Source: Candidatus Obscuribacterales bacterium (GTDB taxonomy: Bacteria; Cyanobacteriota; Vampirovibrionia; Obscuribacterales; Obscuribacteraceae). Taken from it: a stretch of DNA of 64,000 nucleotides. The notes beneath the pieces are model-generated. The model was not told the origin of the DNA and searched no databases. It saw nothing but the letters and a program-made list of their open reading frames with translations. Made by a program: the position numbers and the translations under genes. Of this stretch, positions 60,387-64,000 are shown in pieces. How positions within the stretch are numbered: the first letter of the stretch is position 1; each line of letters starts with the position of its first letter. The stretch is from the NCBI GenBank assembly GCA_965228855.1, contig CBDDIJ010000003.1, positions 1,664,001-1,728,000 on the forward strand, read 5' to 3'.

Positions 60387-63300
60387 CTATGGCGAGGATG
60401 TGCCGTTTGCGCCGGCTGTTCCTTCCTGCCCGTCGCCTCCACCGGTCAAGCCACCAGTGCCTCCAGTACCACCATTGCCGCCGCTAACGTCAGCGGGATT
60501 GGTGAGGACATTGGATGTGAAGACCCCGCCACCGGCGCCTCCGTTGCCTCCATTTCCACCGTCACCGCCAATAACGGCGGGGTCGCCTCCCTCACCGCCG
60601 GTACCACCAGTGCCGCCATCGCCGCCAAAGGCACTCGCGAAGCTGGTTACTGTCACGGTAGCTTTGGTGCTCAGATTTACGCTACCTCCGTTGCCACCTG
60701 TGCCTCCGGCTCCACCAACGCCTCCAGTTCCACCGGTCCCCGTCGTCGCGTCCCCGGCTTGACCACCGGTGCCGCCTACACCTCCTGCGCCACCAGAAGC
60801 GTTGACGTTGGTAGCATTGATGTTGCCTTTGAATTTGGTGGCTGTTATCGAACCACCTACACCGCCACCACCACCAGTGCCGCCCAGAGCACCAGCGCCA
60901 CCTGTTCCAGAGGTAGCATCACCGCCACGTCCTCCGGTATTACCGGAGCCGCCGAGACCTCCTTGAGCAGATACATCATTAGCATTCAACAGCGCGGCAG
61001 TGAACTTGACCACACCGCCAGCACCACCTACACCAGCTGAGCCACCCTTTGTAGCCGCTCCCCCGGCTCCAGTCGTGCCGGAGCCGCCATCACCGCCGAC
61101 TCCACCTGTGCCACCTGAGCCGCCACCAGCAGTTACAATGTTGACATCAGTTGTACCTTTCTTGCTTGACAGAGTGATGGAACCACCTGCGCCACCGGTG
61201 GTACCGACTCCTGCATCGCCAGCAGCACCGCCTGTGACACCATCGCCGCCGTCGCCACCGGAGCTTCCAGTCGATGCGTCTCCGCCATTGGCGAGGAAAG
61301 AACCAGTCGAAGAGATTGCTCCCTTCTTTGTCACTAGGGAGATAGTTCCTCCGGCACCACCCGACACACTGTTGCTGCCGAGACCGCCGCTACCCCCGGT
61401 ACCAGTGGAACTCGAACCACCATCGCCACCGGAAGCGAACGATGCGCTACCGCCGGCGACGTCGATACCTGTTATAGAGATGTTGTTGGCACTGCTAATT
61501 TGGACTGTGCCACCGCGAGCAGCAGCACCTTCTACTCCGGAAGCGCCGCCGGCTCCCCCGACACCACTGGCAGCATTTCCGCCAGAGCCACCATCGCCCG
61601 CATTCGAGCCTCCTCCGCCCTGGGCCAGGATATTAGCTATCGAGACATCAGGGCTGGTCTTTCCTTTCGTTGAGACGAAGACGAAACCACCCGCACCTTG
61701 CGCGCCGCTTCTTCCGCCAGAGCCACCATCGCCGCCATCACCTGTACCAATAGACACGGTTCCGCCGTTCCCGCCGTCACCACCTGATCCACCGCCGGCT
61801 CCGTAAGCGACGAGCAAATCAGCGGTAACGCTTGATCCGGAAATTGTAATCGTACCTGCAGAGGAAGCGTTTCCACCGTTACCTGCGTTGCCACCATTTC
61901 CGCCATTCTCGTCGCCGGAGCTGTCACCACCTGCGCCACCACTGCCACCATCGGCACCGCTAACAGCTCTCACGACTATAGCGCCGACGTCGACTTGTCC
62001 ACCTGTGATAGTGACGCTACCACTCAAGGGACCAGCGGCGCCCTGTCCTCCGTCGCCTCCAGTCCCGCCGGTTCCTACCAGACTGGTACCGCCATTGCCT
62101 CCATTGCCCGCTCGAGGGGCACCGCTCAACGAAGTCGTAGACAACCCACCCGCTAGCTGAATGCTTGCGCCACCTATGGAGATTGTGCCGCCGTTGCCAC
62201 TAGCCGCGGTATTACCGCCATCGCCACCCCTGGCGCCGGCAGCTGCATTGTTATTATCGCCACCATCGCCTCCGTCGCCTCCGTCACCGGAAAGTCCGCC
62301 GAAGGAGGAAATTGAAGTCAGAAGATCGCCGGTTATTGAGCCGGCTTTGGACGATGTCTGGAGCGAGACTGTCGAACCGCTTCCGCCAGCCCCTGCCGCG
62401 CCGCCGTTACCTCCGACACCAGGCGCACCGGCATTGTCCGTGGTCCCGCCCGTGCCACCGTCTCCTCCATCTCCGCCGAAGCCACCAAGCGATTGGATGG
62501 AGCTTCCGGTTGTGAGAGCGATGGTACCGCTATCAGTTTGCAATGTCACGCTTCTCGAAGAACCTGCCGCTCCACCGGATCCGGCTAAGCCTCCAGCGCC
62601 ACCGGCACCGGATATCGAGCCGCCGCCACTTCCGGCATTACCACCGTTTCCGCCATCACCGCCTAAGGACTCGACACCATTGACAGTTATATTTCCCGTG
62701 CTCGACGTCTGCAAAAACACTATGCCACCAGCAGCACCGAGCCCTGCCAGACCACCGGCACCGCCAACACCACCATTACCAGTGGTGCCAGCTCCTCCGT
62801 CGCCGCCAGCGCCACCGTCTCCACCTTCGCCACCAGCAGTCCTGATGAGGTCACCGACAATCATGTTTCCGCCGTCGGAAACCAATGAAACTATGCCGCC
62901 CGCGGCTCCATTTCCGCCGGCGCCGCCAGCACCGCCGATGCCACCACCGGCTACCAGGTTCGCACCAGCGCTGCCATCACCAGCAGCTCCACCGTCCCCG
63001 CCCAGAGCACTTAACGGCCCGGCCAGACTAATATCACCGGCGGAGTTAAAGGAAATAGTACCTGCAAATCCACCGTTGCCGCCTGCGCCACCGGTGTTTC
63101 CTGCGCCTGTCGACACCGCACCGTCAAATCCATTCCCTCCGTCACCACCATCGGTGCTGATGCTGAAGCCGTTGGCTAGAGAAATTCCACCTGTCGTCGA
63201 CTCTATCGAGATGGCACCACCGTTTCCACCAGCTCCACCTGCATCTCCATCCGCGACGCCGTCAACGCCGTCGCTGCCTTCCGCTTTTATATCACCATCC

Positions 63301-64000
63301 ATCACGAGGCTGCCGGCAGTGATAAAAATAGAACCGGAATTCTGCCCCGGCGCATCGCCACTGGCGTCGGTGTCAGCGCCGCCGGTTCCAGTATGAGCGG
63401 CCCCGGCCGTGCCGATCTGAATATCACCACCTCTTGCAGTCAGTTCACCGCTGTCAATCCCACCCGTGGAAAGCTTCTTGCTGAACTTGACACTGCCTGT
63501 TCCAACTCCGGCTGTGTCGAAAGTAACCTTCAAATTGGATTGAGTGTTGACCAGGGATATAAAGCCGGCAGCACCACTGCCACCTGACGCGGACACTTCC
63601 GGAGCGATAATGCCCGTAGTATTCTGTGCACCGGCGACGATAGAAACAACACCATTGTCGCCTGTACCGGCACCATCCGCCTTCACGGACTTGACGTCGA
63701 CGACGCCCTTGTCACCATCCTTGTTGGCGAGAGCTATTATAGTGACGTTTCCGGCGTTGCCATTTGCGTTACCGCTAGCATCGACAGAGGTATCGGAGAG
63801 CAATACGCTTCCACCGGTGGTCGATGCTTTGCCGACAGTCACGAACCCTTGTGTGATCTGCCCACCCGGAACAGTGGCTGTAGATTGCGCTTCGGCTCCC
63901 CCGCCTGGTTTGAGCTGGGCGCCGGCAATGATAGTGATATCAAAGGCATCATCACCGGTGTTGCGAGAACTTATGCTTATGGTATTGCCACCGTCTGTGA
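60387..64000 (-). CDS. Giant Gly-rich repeat protein, 3' part (5' end lies beyond the window)
   Basis: Frame open from 60387 to the window edge; GGxGGxGG tracts alternate with beta-strand spacers; TDGGNTISISS motif at the edge. Confidence 0.85.
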   Translation of the reverse strand, partial: TDGGNTISISSRNTGDDAFDITIIAGAQLKPGGGAEAQSTATVPGGQITQGFVTVGKASTTGGSVLLSDTSVDASGNANGNAGNVTIIALANKDGDKGVVDVKSVKADGAGTGDNGVVSIVAGAQNTTGIIAPEVSASGGSGAAGFISLVNTQSNLKVTFDTAGVGTGSVKFSKKLSTGGIDSGELTARGGDIQIGTAGAAHTGTGGADTDASGDAPGQNSGSIFITAGSLVMDGDIKAEGSDGVDGVADGDAGGAGGNGGAISIESTTGGISLANGFSISTDGGDGGNGFDGAVSTGAGNTGGAGGNGGFAGTISFNSAGDISLAGPLSALGGDGGAAGDGSAGANLVAGGGIGGAGGAGGNGAAGGIVSLVSDGGNMIVGDLIRTAGGEGGDGGAGGDGGAGTTGNGGVGGAGGLAGLGAAGGIVFLQTSSTGNITVNGVESLGGDGGNGGNAGSGGGSISGAGGAGGLAGSGGAAGSSRSVTLQTDSGTIALTTGSSIQSLGGFGGDGGDGGTGGTTDNAGAPGVGGNGGAAGAGGSGSTVSLQTSSKAGSITGDLLTSISSFGGLSGDGGDGGDGGDNNNAAAGARGGDGGNTAASGNGGTISIGGASIQLAGGLSTTSLSGAPRAGNGGNGGTSLVGTGGTGGDGGQGAAGPLSGSVTITGGQVDVGAIVVRAVSGADGGSGGAGGDSSGDENGGNGGNAGNGGNASSAGTITISGSSVTADLLVAYGAGGGSGGDGGNGGTVSIGTGDGGDGGSGGRSGAQGAGGFVFVSTKGKTSPDVSIANILAQGGGGSNAGDGGSGGNAASGVGGAGGASGVEGAAARGGTVQISSANNISITGIDVAGGSASFASGGDGGSSSTGTGGSGGLGSNSVSGGAGGTISLVTKKGAISSTGSFLANGGDASTGSSGGDGGDGVTGGAAGDAGVGTTGGAGGSITLSSKKGTTDVNIVTAGGGSGGTGGVGGDGGSGTTGAGGAATKGGSAGVGGAGGVVKFTAALLNANDVSAQGGLGGSGNTGGRGGDATSGTGGAGALGGTGGGGGVGGSITATKFKGNINATNVNASGGAGGVGGTGGQAGDATTGTGGTGGVGGAGGTGGNGGSVNLSTKATVTVTSFASAFGGDGGTGGTGGEGGDPAVIGGDGGNGGNGGAGGGVFTSNVLTNPADVSGGNGGTGGTGGLTGGGDGQEGTAGANGTSSP

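Noticed and set aside
60366..63587. Plus-strand Pro/Ala-rich ORFs of up to 411 aa
   Set aside because: Antisense shadows of the Gly-rich giant ORF
60387..64000. Mycobacterial PE-PGRS assignment
   Set aside because: No PE domain is visible, and the GC content and gene context do not fit; the similarity is compositional

Overview
A 64-kb bacterial chromosomal window at roughly 50% GC. The gene repertoire resembles non-photosynthetic Cyanobacteria relatives (Vampirovibrionia/Melainabacteria, Obscuribacterales-like): kinase-TM-LRR/TPR proteins, Cys-rich kinase N-termini and giant Gly/Ser/Thr-rich repeat proteins. That taxonomic call is inference only. From left to right: (1) a Fic gene preceded by three 24-bp-period repeats and followed by a decayed tRNA-Val(GAC) 3' half, a possible island boundary; (2) a MoxR AAA+ / double-peptidase-vWA pair and a DUF849 (Kce-like) enzyme; (3) an LRR receptor-like Ser/Thr kinase split by a 428-bp tandem duplication, then an RRM protein, a TM-LRR protein and a cupin; (4) a 4219-aa secreted repeat protein; (5) an orphan PaaA/BoxB-like diiron protein coupled to a stand-alone BoxA-type ferredoxin; (6) a DUF6745 gene pair, an anthrax-LF-like peptidase, two-component genes, a TPR kinase, a zinc-ribbon/CpaF-N fusion and a beta-carbonic anhydrase; (7) pckG-gltA-hppD-hmgA; (8) a sigma-70 factor divergent from Ku across nested short tandem repeats, stress-type genes and two convergent HxlR regulators; (9) the 3' part of a second giant Gly-rich protein that runs off the window edge. 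No rRNA, intact tRNA, CRISPR array, integrase or transposase was seen. All family assignments come from motif recognition by eye; no searches were run.
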